NCBI GenBank assembly: GCA_951406725.2
Contig: OX597819.1
Location: 34,038,001-34,102,000 of the forward strand
Length of the DNA: 64,000 nucleotides
Origin: Octopus vulgaris
Lineage: Eukaryota
Direction of reading: 5' to 3'
The translations under genes and the position numbers were made by a program. Below, in pieces: positions 11,843 to 25,456 of this stretch (the first letter of the stretch is position 1; every line of letters begins with the position of its first letter). The notes beneath the pieces are model-generated. The model worked only from the letters and a program-made list of their open reading frames with translations, did no database searches and was not told where the DNA came from.

Positions 11843-13131
11843 ATATATATGTATGTATATATATATATATATATATATGCCACCCACCTAATACAATTTG
11901 TAAGGTGGGTGGCATTAGGAATGGCATCTAGCGATAGAAAAACCATGCCAAAGCAAATACTGGAGATTGGTGCGGTCCTCTGACTTATCAGTTCCTATCA
12001 AACCATCCAACCCATGCTAGCATGAAAAAGTGGATGTTAAGTGATGATGGTAATGATGATGATGATGATATGCATACATATGTATGCAAGTCCTTGTGTG
12101 CATGTGTGTGTGTGTGTGTTTGCCACCACCACCACCACTTCATTATTGGTGTTGGTTTCTTTAAGTCTCATTTAACTTAGCAGTTCAGCAAAAGAAACCA
12201 ACAGAATAAGTACCAGACTTTAAAATGAAAAAAAGGAAAAGAACTGGGTTGCACTAAAGCCTTAAAGACGATGCTCCAGCATGGCTGTAGTTCAATGACT
12301 GAAACAAGTAAAAAAATATTTAAGATAAAGATGTTAGTTTGGTGCCAAGCTGAAATAAATCAATATAAATTAAGATTAGAACAAAGAACAGCAACAACAA
12401 AAGCAACTGTAAAAACAAACATCATCCATCCTAGCGCCAAATTCTACAGCCATTACCATTTCCTTTCACACCAACAGTGCTATAGTTGTGATTTTCCTAT
12501 TATAACATTGGACATGACCCTGTTTCTGAACACGGTCGATGCACATTACCAATCAATAGCAGGAAAGAATCCAGAAGCTTTGTTGAGACATAGAATAAAA
12601 AAAAAATAATTAAAAAAAAAGCTGCTATTCAAGAGATTTCACAGTTTTGTAGATGCCAGAAATGGTGGTAGTGGTGATGCAGAGCTTTCATTCTTTAAAA
12701 GATAGATTTTATCACAGAGATGCTTGATGGTATTAATCCCTATGTCTTGACCGTTATTTACTGCCAAGCAATGATATCATGAAATTTGATAATTTACATT
12801 TTAAGTTTCAGGTGAATTAATGAGCCTCTAAATGGTCACTTTGTCAACTAGAAATAGCAGCCAAATTTCCCACAATTTCTTTCTTAAATTGACAGGATGG
12901 TCATACAGAGAAGTCCACTGAACATGTGTCTGTTCTTCAATCATGGTTAACCTGACACAAAATAACAACATACTTGAATGGGCTATGATACCTATAGAAT
13001 GATTAATATGAAATAATTTTAAATGTCATTTACATATTTAAGGCATGTACACATTTTCACTGAACACACACACGCACACACACACACACACGCACACACA
13101 CACACAAACATATATATATACACACACACGT

Positions 13132-13171
<40 letters not shown>

Positions 13172-13173
<2 letters not shown>

Positions 13174-13283
13174 GGATACAGGCATCCAGCAACAGGACCT
13201 CCGTAATGCCATGATGGACTGTGAAGTCTGGCGTAGCATGGTAAATTCCATTGTCTTGACCACGGTCGAACAATGATGATGAT
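13172..13283 (+). mobile_element. 5'-truncated RTE/RTEX-like LINE end
   Basis: RDTGIQQQDLRNAMMDCEVWRSMVNSIVLTTVEQ* followed directly by (TGA)n. Confidence 0.7.
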
Positions 13284-13940
13284 ATATATATATATATATA
13301 TATATAATCTCTACTTGCGAAGACCTGTTGAGGCAAGTGAAATCAAAATCGAATTCGATGACTGGCATCCGTGCTAGTGGAGCGCTAAGTGCAAAAAATC
13401 GTATTAACTGGAACGGCTCATGTACTGAGAAGAGCATTATTGCTGTGAAAACAACATCCATCCATGAACTTATTTATCTATTAATTTTTAAATACATATT
13501 TTATCTGTGAATTTGTGTGTGTAATCTGAGAATGCATACAATGAGCTTCTCTGCCCTAGGTGTATGGAAAACACTTGGCCAAAAAATGGAAGAAAATTTG
13601 AAGAAAGAAGGAAAAAACATAATAATAATAATAATAATAATCTTTTCTACAATAGGCACAAGGCCTGAAATTTGTGGGGAGGGTGATGTGTGGATTGCAT
13701 TAACCCCAGTACTTGACTGGTACTTAATTTATGAACTGCAAAAAGATGAAAGGCAAAGTCGACCTAGGAGAAATTTGAACTCAGAACTTAAAGATGAGCA
13801 AAATTTTGCATTCAACCCTTCTCCTTGTCCATGTGTTCAACAACTAGGTGCAATTCCATGGTCATTCCTGACTGAAGTGGGGTTTTACCTCTTTTATATA
13901 TGGCTGGTCTTAATTACCATCAAATAACTATGCTAAGTAT

Positions 13941-14148
13941 TCTCTTTTACTCTTTTACTCTTTTACTTGTTTCAGTCATTTGACTGCAACCATGCTGGAG
14001 CACCGCCTTTAGTCGAACAAATCGACCCCGGGACTTATTCTTTGTAAGCCCAGTACTTATTCTATCGGTCTCTTTTGCCGAACCGCTAAGTGATGGGGAC
14101 GTAAACACACCAGCATCGGTTGTCAAGCAATGCTAGGGGGACACACAA

Positions 14149-14183
<35 letters not shown>

Positions 14184-14354
14184 CATATATACGACAGGCT
14201 TCTTTCAGTTTCCGTCTACCAAATCCACTCACAAGGCATTGGTCGGCCCAGGGCTATAGCAGAAGACACTTGCCCAAGATGCCACGCAGTGGGACTGAAC
14301 CTGGAACCATGTGGTTGGTTAGCAAGCTACTTACCACACAGCCACTCCTGCGCC
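13941..14354 (-). mobile_element. tRNA-derived SINE-A, full length (probably one of the described octopus OK/OR1/OR2 families; name unverified)
   Basis: Box A tggctgtgtgg, box B ggttcagtccc, internal TA/TG microsatellite, (GTAAAAGA)n tail. Confidence 0.9.
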
Positions 14355-14802
14355 TAGGGACAAAGATAATTTTAATACATCAAGAATTTATCTTGTGTGG
14401 TATTTGAAGTACTTTTATTTGTCTATATTGTTCACTTATACGCTACTGGTCGCTCTGAATCATTTCTCATCATTTATCTTTGTTTAAATTACATAAATTA
14501 CCTGGGCCTTCAATACATTCAACTATTATTTGTATAAATCTACATCCCTTGACTACAGGTGATGGGATTCCAAAGTGAATGTCCCTATTTAATCTACCAC
14601 GAGGGAAAAAAAAAAAAGGATGTAGCTGTTGGACAGTAGACCAACAAGAAAAAAAATGTAAGGAAATCAAAATTTTTAATCATATAAATCTTCGATTTTT
14701 AACTTAATATATTTTTGGGTAAAAAAAAAACGAACTGAAAAACCTCACTGAGTATTTCTTTATTAATGTTTTGCATTGTCCTGTACTGTCCTTCTATATT
14801 AG

Positions 14803-15095
14803 ATTCCGAATGTGGCAGATACTAGCGTCGCCTGACTGGTGTCCATGTAGGTGACACGTAAAAGCCCCAACCAATCGTGGCCGTTCGCCAGCCTGCTCTG
14901 GCTTCTGTGCCGGTGGCACGTAAAAAAACACCCACTACACTCACAGAGTGGTTGGCATTAGGAAGGGCATCCAGCTGTAGAAACACTCCCAAATCAGACT
15001 AGAGCTTGGTGCAGCCTCCATGGCTTACCAGACCCCAGTCAAACCGTTCAACCCATGCTAGCATGGAAAACGGACGTTAAATGATGATGATGATC
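14803..15095 (+). mobile_element. RTE LINE 3' fragment
   Basis: Two UTR units, ggaagggcatccagctgtagaaac and (GAT)n. Confidence 0.85.
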
Positions 15096-15174
15096 ATCAT
15101 CATCATAATAAAGAAATCTCTATCATTTTGTTCATCAACCAAATTTTATTTATCTCCATATGTACTGAGTACTG

Positions 15175-15372
15175 AAAGTTCAGTGAGTCAAAATATTTTC
15201 CGAGAATGTGTGCTTTGAGGTGTTCATCAAATTTACAATCATTTGTAGTAAAACCCAATTATATTTGTCTTCATATGTATTAAGGACTTAAAGTTCAGTG
15301 GAATCAGAATAGCTTCCTAGAATGTGGCACTTTAAGGCATTCATCAAAGTTACAGTCATTTGTAGTAAACTG
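15175..15372. repeat. Degenerate direct repeat of ~80 bp at ~116-bp spacing
   Basis: aaagttcagtg...agaatgtg...ttcatcaaa.ttaca.tcatttgtagtaaa occurs twice. Confidence 0.7.
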
Positions 15373-16073
15373 CTTGTTGAGTTCATTTGAAGTAGTGTTA
15401 TTGTGTCTGACATCATACTTACACTCATTAAATCTTTTGTTTAAAATCTGGTAAAAAGCAATAAAGCTGATAAGTGTCTTTGATGGTAACCAAGACAATA
15501 GCAGACAACTGTCTCAATGTTATCTTGATCGCTCAAGTCTGTCTACATCCTAACAGTCTTTAGGCACTCAAGCCATAAAAAAAAGTTAGATGCAGCTATT
15601 ATTGTTGTTGTTGTTGTTGTTGTTGTTATCATGAATAATAATCATAACAAAAATAATTATTTCAAATTCTGGCAGAAGATCAACAAACTGGGAGAAGGAG
15701 GTAAAGAGATTACATCGACCCCAGTGCTCAACTGGTACTTATTTTATCACCAACTTAAAGATGAAAGGCAAAGTTGACTTTGTAGGAATCTGAACTCCCA
15801 GCACTTCAGTAGGAATCTCCTGAAGTATAAGCAGGGTCCCACAAGTCGACCAGGTCGATTACAAATAGTAGTATAAGGGAGACAATCCCTTGCATTCAAA
15901 CTTTCTCCTTTGTCCATGTGTTCAACAACTAGGCATGAGGTCTTTTCTCCCTTCACACTGAAAAGAGGTTATGGGCCACCAGGCATTAGGGTCTGAAGAG
16001 ATGTAAAGCTAAGCGCTTTATGGATGTGAGAGACTGGGTAACCTTGTTGAATGACTGTAACTATCTTTATCTG

Positions 16074-16106
<33 letters not shown>

Positions 16107-16113
<7 letters not shown>

Positions 16114-16342
16114 GAAAAAAATTCGTCAGAATTTTGGAAAAAAAAATTTTTCATTTCTTCATCAGTACTAGTGTCCTCGTTTCCCTCTTAAACCCGAACC
16201 ATCAGTCATGATTTACATCCATGGAACCCATGTAAATCATGGCTGATGGTTCAGGTTGGAGAGGGGAACAAAGATGCTATTAGTGATGAAGAAGTGAAAA
16301 GATTTTTTTCCCAAAATTCTGATGACTTTTTTTTCTTAATAT
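16107..16342. repeat. Fold-back element with ~110-bp arms and an 11-nt loop
   Basis: gaaccatcagtcatgatttacat / atgtaaatcatggctgatggttc; complementarity extends to both ends. Confidence 0.85.
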
Positions 16343-16575
16343 TCAATTTCTGTACATCACACCTAACACTCTATACACACATATATATATATATATACAC
16401 ACACGTACATACATACATACATACATACATACATGCATACATACATACACACACGCATACACACATACATACATACACACACGCACGCACACATGCATAC
16501 ATACATACATACATATATACATATATATATGGTAGTATCAAAATATGAGAACGAGTGCTCACTACCGATCTCATA

Positions 16576-16973
16576 TCTTTATATAAAAAAGTGAGGTTGT
16601 GTGCTGTCTGTCTCCAACGATTTAGATTCCTAACTACTCCCACATTTTGCAGTGCAGTTTAACCAAAACCAGGTATCTTATAGTCGTGATTCATATCGAG
16701 CTCTTCTGGGTATTAGCGCGCATCTACGATGAGTCTACGATTTACAAAAAAAAATTTACCATCAGTTTTTCCCATTTTTAATGCATTTTTGGCATATATA
16801 AGGGAAGTAATTCTCTAAAAATTTATTATTAAATCTCAGAACGTAAAAAGCTACAGTAACACCTCCCCTTTGTGGTTAGCCATATTGAGATGGCTATTAT
16901 ACTTTACATCTCTAAAAATGCTTATATAGTTATTTCCCTTACAAACCCGAGCAACGCCGGGCGATACTGCTAG
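16576..16973 (+). mobile_element. Helitron H1 subtype a
   Basis: A|TC start, 3' hairpin, CTAG|T. Confidence 0.9.
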
Positions 16974-17913
16974 TTCATAATATAACTTGAAATGTATTCC
17001 AGAGACAAAGCTTCCTCTTTTAGACCAGAATAGGTGAAATAAACATCAGAGATGCTTTTGTCCCACACAGAAACTGTAGGAACTACTCTGAGGTCTTGCA
17101 TGCTCTTCTAAATCCATTGTGATGCTGGACACCCTTCTATATCATCAGCATGTATTTCAGGGTCACAAGAATTTTACTCCTTAGCCTGTAAGATTTTTCT
17201 GAGTGGAGCAGCAAGGACTGAGCTAGCATTCAATTATGGGAGGTTTCCATTCACTTAAGGGACTGAACTTGAAACCATGTTGTTTGGAAGCAAGCTTCTT
17301 ACCACCCAGCCATACCAATTCTTCAATTAGGGAAAGGAATCTTTTGTTGCCAGTGGAAGTAATAGCACTCTAAACATTTTTTTTGTTTCCTCCCCATTTT
17401 AACTTTGGCTACTATGCACAATCAACAATCTCCTCAGCTGATAATTAGGCCACCAAGGTAACAAAAAACTGACATTTACTCTTAGGACTCCCTCTGAGCA
17501 ATCAAAGGAATTTATATCTTGCCAATTGCACCTGCGTGTTTGCCACACATGAACTCCTCTTTTATACTTCCAGTCAACATGTGAGCCTGCAGCACCTTTT
17601 GTACAGCCATGGTTTACATTAGGCACACCTTACGAACCATATGAAGTTCCTACCAACTCCTTTTATGTGTTTTAACTAAATTGTATAAATTCATTTAATG
17701 ATACAGTGGTTTCAGTAATACATTAGAGGAGATTCAGAATCGAAGATATTCCTATAAATATTGTCACACTGAATGTATAAATAAATGTCAGTGTATTTTA
17801 TAGTCATTACATTTTGCATTACACCACACATGCATGTTTGGGTGTGTGTATATAGACTCACAGATGTATGTATATGTATGTATATATACAAACATATATG
17901 TATATGTGTATAC

Positions 17914-17961
<48 letters not shown>

Positions 17962-17977
17962 ATACATACATATATAT

Positions 17978-18284
17978 ATCATGTGATCACGTGACCGACC
18001 AGACCATCAGAAGTAGTTACACATCACTGGTCACAATGCGTTCGCATTGTTTTAGCCTTCGAATGACGCCGCTCCGCTGGCTAAGCGAGCAGGCCGACAG
18101 AAGAAAGAGTGGGAGAATGAGTGGTAAAAGAGTACAGCAGGGATCACCACCCCCTGTCGGAGACTCGTGGAGCTTTTAGGTGTTTTCGCTCAATAAACAC
18201 TCACAACGCCCGGTCTGGGAATCAAAACCGCGATCCTGCGGCTGCGAGTCCACTGCCCTAACCACTAGGGCATTGCACCTCCAC
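17978..18284 (-). mobile_element. tRNA-derived SINE-D with (CACGTGAT)-type tail
   Basis: Minus strand gccctagtggttagggc (box A region) and ggttttgattccc (box B). Confidence 0.75.
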
Positions 18285-18314
18285 ACATATATATATATAT
18301 ATATACATACATAC

Positions 18315-18366
<52 letters not shown>

Positions 18367-18407
18367 GCATATATATATATATATGTATACATATACATAC
18401 ATATACG

Positions 18408-18439
<32 letters not shown>

Positions 18440-18595
18440 TAATATGTGCTTGTGTGTATAACTGTTTCAGTGTGTGTAGTAGAACATTTATAGATATATA
18501 GTTTCTGTAGAAATGTAATAAAAGCCTACTTCAGGACATAGGTAGCAGCTGCCCTGATTTTTTTGTCGTATTTTTGTTACAAACCCACAAATGCA

Positions 18596-18606
18596 TATAT
18601 ACATGC

Positions 18607-18671
<65 letters not shown>

Positions 18672-18672
18672 T

Positions 18673-18738
<66 letters not shown>

Positions 18739-18810
18739 TATATATATATGCATATATATATATGCATATATATATGCATATATATATATATATATGCATA
18801 TATATATATA
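18596..18810. repeat. Long (TA)n microsatellite with TGCA interruptions
   Basis: Direct reading. Confidence 0.95.
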
Positions 18811-20744
18811 CATTTCTTCTGTCAGTGAAAAAGAAAATACTAGAATATCTTTATGCATCACTTTTCAGTTCTCTTGATAGAATTCTTTCCAGAAATAGAT
18901 TAATAGGAAGAATCCCATCTGTCCTCCTCCATCCCACCTTCTCTCTCTCTCTCTCTCGCTCCCTCCCTTCCTCCCCCCCTCTCTCTCTCTCTCTCGCTCC
19001 CCCCTCCCCCCTCTCTCTCTCTGACACACACATTTCATGTCTGCCATACAAATTCTCAAGAAATCTCACTATGCTGTGTTTTCTACTTCTCCTATTTTCA
19101 TTGATTCCTTTATTATTTTATTATGGCAAGAATTACTAATCACAGTATGGTCTTTGTGGTTTCGAAGAAGTTCGTTTATCTATTAATCTAATTTCTCTTG
19201 TATGCAAAATATGAAAGTCGTACAAAAAGAAACAAAATAAAACAAAACAAAACAAACATCTTCATTGTCCCACTGAACTGCCAGCGAGTGCATTGTAGGT
19301 AGGGCTAGTATACAACCATACTCTGACCCACCACACTCTGACCAATTTAAACTTAGTGGAATCTCTAGCACCTGATTCCTGTGATCCAAGCTACCAATTT
19401 TAGCAACAATACATTTATGACAGTGCTTTGACTACAGTGTCCAATCTCTGATGCCAGTCAACCATAACAAGAAAAAGAAAGAGATTTAACACAGATATAT
19501 ATATGCATAGTGCTGTGATAAATCCACTTTGGAATAGATATTACTATTCTGTCTTAGCAAAACTGATACCTATTCCCCAGCTAGGTTAACAGAAGCACAA
19601 TGGAATGCTTGCACTAAGATATGAATTCACAACTCATGAGCCGACAGTTTATTATCTTCCTTTATTTCTCTCATATTTTTTTCTTTCTTTTGTTCTACAT
19701 GGGTAAAGTAGAAGCAAAACTTTCAACATTTATTTATAAGTGTGGACATTGTAAAACCCTCAATGGTTATTTATAAGTGTGGACAATGTATTGGTTATTG
19801 TCAGCCTGACTGAGAGATTCACTGCAGCAGAGAACTGATTTTCTAACATAGGCACTAGAACTTAGTTTAGGAGTTGGGTGAAGCTGATCATATCAAGCCA
19901 CTATTCAATTGATACTTACTGGCCCTGAAAGGGTGAATGGAAAAGTTAACATCAGTGAGATTTAATAATAATAATAATGATAATAATCCTTTCTATTACA
20001 GGAACAAGGCCAGAAATTTCATGATTACATTGACCCCAGTGTTCAACTGGTACAATTTTTTTATCAACCCTGAAGGGATGGAAAGCGAAACATTTTTCAT
20101 TTTTGATAGTTTCAGAAATATTTATCCTGGTTTCTCTGAGAGTTTCTCACATTTTACAAGAATAGATATGGCTGTAGCTGTTGACATTTGCATTATAGGA
20201 AAAGAAAAAAGGTCATCTCTCAGAAATATATTCAAAATTCGTCTGGAGAACAAGAATCAAGAGTGAAGCAGATATTTTAATCATTGGTGTTCCTCTATAA
20301 TAAATATACAAATAAAACATTTTCATACAAATTACATTTTGTTTCCACACATTTTCATGGAATTTCTCCATAGATTTTATAGGTTTTACAAATTAGCATT
20401 TTTGCATGAATATGAGTTGGTGAAAGATGAATTCTAAAAATGGATTTTATTTCTCAATACCAGTCACACGGCTATTAAATAGTATTGATACCAATTTCTG
20501 AATGGAAGCAAAATAATGTACAATGATGTAGTGTGGTTTAAACTATTAAATTTCGCTCAAGCAACTTGACTCTACAATGCTGAAAGTCATCGTCATCATC
20601 ATCATCATCATTTAATGTCTGTTGCTCATGCTGGCATGGATTTGATGATGTGACCAGAGTGGGCAAGCAGGGGAGCTGCACCACACTCCAGTCTGGGATT
20701 TTAAGGTTGAATGCCATTTGTATATTTTAATTTAGCTTCATCAT

Positions 20745-21130
20745 TTATTTGTTTCAGCCATTCAGTCACAGCCATACTGGGGCACCTCCTTGAAGAAGTT
20801 CAGTTGAACACATGGAGCCCAGTACTGTTTTTAATTTTAAAAAATATTTCTTTTGTAAGCCTGGTAAGCCACTAAGTTACAGGGATGTAAACAAACCAAC
20901 ACCAGTTGCCAAGCAGTGGCAAGGGACAAACACACACACAAACACACACACACACACACACACATATAGACTTTTTTCAGTTTCCATCTATCAAATTCAC
21001 TCACAAGGCTTTCATCAGCCTGGGGCTAGAATAGTAGACTCTTGCCCAAGGTGCCATACAGTGAGACTGAACCTGAAATCATGTAGTTGGTAGGGAAGCA
21101 AGCTTCTTACCACACAGCTATGCCAGCATC
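20745..21130 (-). mobile_element. Degenerate SINE-A
   Basis: cttgcccaaggtgcc and aagcttcttaccacacagc. Confidence 0.75.
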
Positions 21131-21779
21131 TTACATTAGTGATTCGTTAACTTCATTATGCAATATTACAACCATTACATTTATCATTTAAGTTCTCGAG
21201 TATTTAAAATCATTTAAAGAACATGCAAGAATTCAATTTGTCTCTGACAGCCACAATCACTAACATTTCAATCATATCACCTTCATTCCAGGAATATAAT
21301 CACTAGTCATAGTTTCATAATCAATAATCTCTCATGATATGATAAATTAACCCTTCCAGCGTAATAACCAATGTGTATACTGAAATGCTATGCTAGGATA
21401 AATCAGTTTTAAATGATGTTTCAGTATTTCTAATGACTGTTTACTGTTTAATTATTTTGATAAATATTTTATAGCTTCCTGCTTGCCTGCCTGCAAGTAA
21501 GCAAAGAGGTTTGCTTAATTAATACAAACTTTGAGTGAAGTTCATTCTTGCAGTATGTGCATGTGTGTGTGTGTGTGTGTGTGCGCATGTGTGTGTGTGT
21601 GTGTGCATGTGTGAGTGTGTGTTTGCTGTGTGAGTGTGTGTGTTTGTGTGTATGTATACATGTATGGATATGTGTGTGTATATATACGTACACACACATA
21701 TATATATACACATACACACACACACACGTGTGTGTGTGTGTATCAACGCAGATGTTAAAGGATGATGATGACAATGATA

Positions 21780-21795
21780 ATTATTACTGTTATTG

Positions 21796-21841
<46 letters not shown>

Positions 21842-21856
21842 CATCATCATCATTAT
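21780..21856. repeat. (TTA)n/(TCA)n microsatellite
   Basis: Direct reading. Confidence 0.95.
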
Positions 21857-22470
21857 TCTGTTTGCTTCTCGTTTTCTATAGCCAATCATGGAACTGTCTT
21901 TTATCCAACTACAATCACAAGAATCAAATCCAACATCTGTGTATTTATCCAAATACACAGACTGGAGCCATTTTCTTTTATTTTCATTCTTTTTTAATTA
22001 GAATATTTCTAACTTTATTTGTTTGTTAATTGAAACACAGTGATTAACTTCCTTCAGTCTAGCTACATTCATATTGGATTTTACTTTATAAATAGAAGTC
22101 TGCTAGTTTCTTGAGTTTATTAAATGAATTTGTTTACTTCAACTGATCCAAATTATTTAAAGTTAGAGAAATAAATAATGAAAACACTATAATCAGCAAA
22201 CTTTTTATCACTTACATTCTATTTTGTTTTTCTGCGAATGAAATGGTTCAATTTAAAATACAGTCAACAATTAAGTTGTCAGCTTCCAGTTTGAGGTTTC
22301 ACTCTAAGATGTTCTCATTTTGCTTTTAACCAATGCTATTGCCAATTAAATGGATGTAGGAGATATATAGTACAGTAGGGTACAGTAATATATGTGATGG
22401 AATATGGAAGGTGGACATTAAGTGGCAATAATGATGAGGATGATGATGACACCAAATTGTTGTCCATTAA

Positions 22471-23189
22471 CTCTTCAACATTTAAATCGGCCACCATATC
22501 CAGCCAAAATATTCTGCCTTTTTTATGTTCAAACTGGCCTTGCCATCTAGCCTCTAACACCTTACCATACAATTTCATTCTAAACAATAAACAATCACAC
22601 CATTTAAATCTCAAAGCTACAAGATAATGCATGATTAATTGAAATCATCGTCATCATTTAATGCCGGTTTTCCATGCTGGCATCGGTTGGACGGTTTGAC
22701 AGGAGCTGGCCTACTGAGGAGCTGGCCAGCTGAGGAGCTGCCTAGATTCCATGTCTGTTTTGGCATAGTTTCTATGGCTGGATGCCCTTCCTAACACCAA
22801 CCACTTTACAGAGTGTACTGGATGCTTATACGCAGCACCAGGACAGGTGTGTTTACATGGCACCAGTACGGATGCTTTTTACATGGCACCAGCACCCACA
22901 AAATTAGGAATGCTCAACTGGAGAAGGGACAAGCCTGTATACAAGGACAGCCACTCTTTTACTTGGCTTGGTGTGTTTTCTCAAGCACAGTGAACTGCCA
23001 GGAGCCTCAGTCCCCTGTCATCTTCTCAGTGAATCCCAATATCTGTAGATCTTTTCTCACCACTTTGTCCCACGTTTTCCTGGGTCTACCCCTTCCATGT
23101 TCCTTTTACAATTAGAGATCGGCTCCTCATGGTGCATTAGAGATCAGCACAAGCATTATATTTGACAGAGTAATCTAAATGCTAAAGAT
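22471..23189. mobile_element. piggyBac-like MITE interrupted by an RTE insertion
   Basis: TTAA at both ends; colinear with 51401-51617 once 22644-23150 is removed. Confidence 0.7.
22644..23150 (-). mobile_element. 5'-truncated RTE LINE (ORF C-terminus plus 3' UTR)
   Basis: GRGRPRKTWDKVVRKDLQILGFTEKMT...VLEKTHQAK*; (GAT)n tail. Confidence 0.85.
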
Positions 23190-24709
23190 TTAAGCCAGCA
23201 CAACTGCATTTACTGTATGCAAAGAAAACAACCCTGGATTGTCTCACATGAGAAGAAATGCTAACTAAATCATCACAATCATACTATCATTTAATATTCC
23301 AAACATGAAGAACAATTTTTACGGAAAAATGCTAAATTCTTAATTCTATGTGGCCATGTGGTTAGACATTTGCTTCTCAAAATGATTCTAGGTTCAGTCC
23401 CACTGTATGGCACCTTGAGCAACTATCTTTCTACTACAGCCCCAGACAAACTTAAGCCTTTTGAATGGATTTGGTATGTCATTGTGTTGATATTTATCCC
23501 CAACATTGCTTGACATTTGGTGTTGGTTTGTTTATATCCCAGTAGCTTAGAAATTTGGCAGTCTCTTGACTGACAGAATAAGTACTGGGGTTGATTCATT
23601 CAACTAAACCCTTCAAAGAAGTGCTCCAGTATAGCCACCATGACCGAAATAAGTAAGAGATAAAAGAAAATATTCCCATTGTCAATGTTATCTCAGTTTC
23701 TCAACCTTGGCAGGCTTGCAGTTAAGTAGGTATCAAATTTGCCAAACTCAATTAGGTTATTTCCAAACTATATTTCTGGTTTGTCAGTTCACTGCTTATA
23801 TTCTGATGTTAGAAGTCATCAAAACAGCATGTTTCATGGCACAAGAATACGCAAGTTGTGAAACTATAATTCTGAGGTTAGGAAGTAAACAAAAAAGAGA
23901 AGTATAGCAAATGTCTGAAATATGTTCACACCTTCGCAGTTCTCAGGAAAAGCTCTATCAGTTGGTTTTTCCTGTTGAAACAAAGATTTAACTGCAGTTA
24001 GCAAGTCAAGCATATATATAGTAATATGTCAGAGACATTACAGCTCATTTCGACAACTATGAGGTTGTTGAATCGGATATATATTAATGTGTTTAGCTAA
24101 ATGCTACAGTAGCTTAGCTAGTTTTTAGGGATACGTAAATTGTTATTATTGTTGATGGGTGCACTGTTGTTGTTGTTGTTGTTGTTATAGTAAATGGTGA
24201 TTCTTGTTACAAATGATGCCAATGCTCATTTATTTATTCTTGTGTAAGAGAAAATTGATTTTGGCATCATAAAGCACCAAAAGTACACATCAGTTTACAG
24301 TTAGTTTGGCATCATCTGAAGAATTGTTCTCACTACTGTCTAACCCTCTTCGATGGACAGTGGAAGGGAGGAGATACTTAGTAAATTTACCAAAATTGCA
24401 ACACAATGGCAGTGATACAGTGATACAGCACAAATTCACAATTCTTTATGAAACACTGATACTTTTGATGACAGATCAGTGTATTTGTACTCCAAACACA
24501 CAGTACTTTATTATTGGATTTTACACACTTCAGGTTGCGTGTGTGTGTATGTGTGTGTGTGTGTGTGTGTGTATGTGTGTGCACATGCATCTGTGTATGC
24601 ATGCATGTGTTTGAAGCGGGGGTTAAAGACATAAACGACTTCCTAGAGTTGTGTAGTTTTATCTACAGTAACATTTGAACTCTAAACTCCAATTTAACAA
24701 CTAGTCTAC

Positions 24710-24910
24710 AATACATGAGGAATATTTGAAGGATCCTAAGTCCCCATATCTATGGCGTTCGCCACTGGAATAATGAGTGGTTGGAGATCCCGCGGTCGTT
24801 AGCCTCAAATCGCCAGGCCTGGTCTGCGTTTGTGAGAGATGCAGCATTGAGGATGAATGAAGCCAGCTCAACCCACCCCGGGTGAATGCTGTAAGAAGAA
24901 GAAGAAGAAG
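24710..24910 (+). mobile_element. 5'-truncated RTE LINE (SR2-like C-terminus) with (AAG)n tail and 11-bp TSD
   Basis: IYGVRHWNNEWLEIPRSLASNRQAWSAFVRDAALRMNEASSTHPG*; TSD aactagtctac at 24699-24709 and 24911-24921. Confidence 0.85.
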
Positions 24911-25124
24911 AACTAGTCTACTGACATGCTGTCCCCTCTTTGCGACTTTTCTACCACTGCTACAATGATGTCTGCTCCTTGAAGATGACCAGTCATCTTG
25001 CTCCACCTCTACACAACTCACCCTCAACACACATTTCTCCTCCTATCATCAGCAATATTGCATCATCCCACTTTAGGTTCTGGACAAACTATTTTGTCCA
25101 CTTGTTACCATATTTCTGTTGAAA

Positions 25125-25413
25125 TTATTCTTTCACTTGTTTCAGCTATTTTATACTGCAGCCAAGCAGTATAAAGGGTTTTAGTCAAAGAAATCAACTC
25201 CCAGGATTTATTCTTTGTAAACCTGGTATTTATTCTATCAATCTCTTTTGCCAAACCACTAAGTTATAGCAACATAGGCACACCAACATTGGTTGTCAAG
25301 CAATGGTGGTGGTGGATGGGTGGACAAACAGACACAAAGACACACACATAAATATAAACATATGTATATATATCTATATATATATATATAGATAGATAGA
25401 TAGATAGATAGAT

Positions 25414-25456
<43 letters not shown>

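Noticed and set aside
14120-14407. Recurrent peptide 'YDGLLSVSVYQIHSQG...EDTCPRCHAVGLN' resembling a gene family
   Set aside because: It is the antisense translation of SINE-A copies
18531-19139. Long ORFs rich in YI, CV or HT dipeptides (also 3207-3799, 21469-21997, 31648-32117, 35152-35501)
   Set aside because: They are translations of stop-free microsatellites
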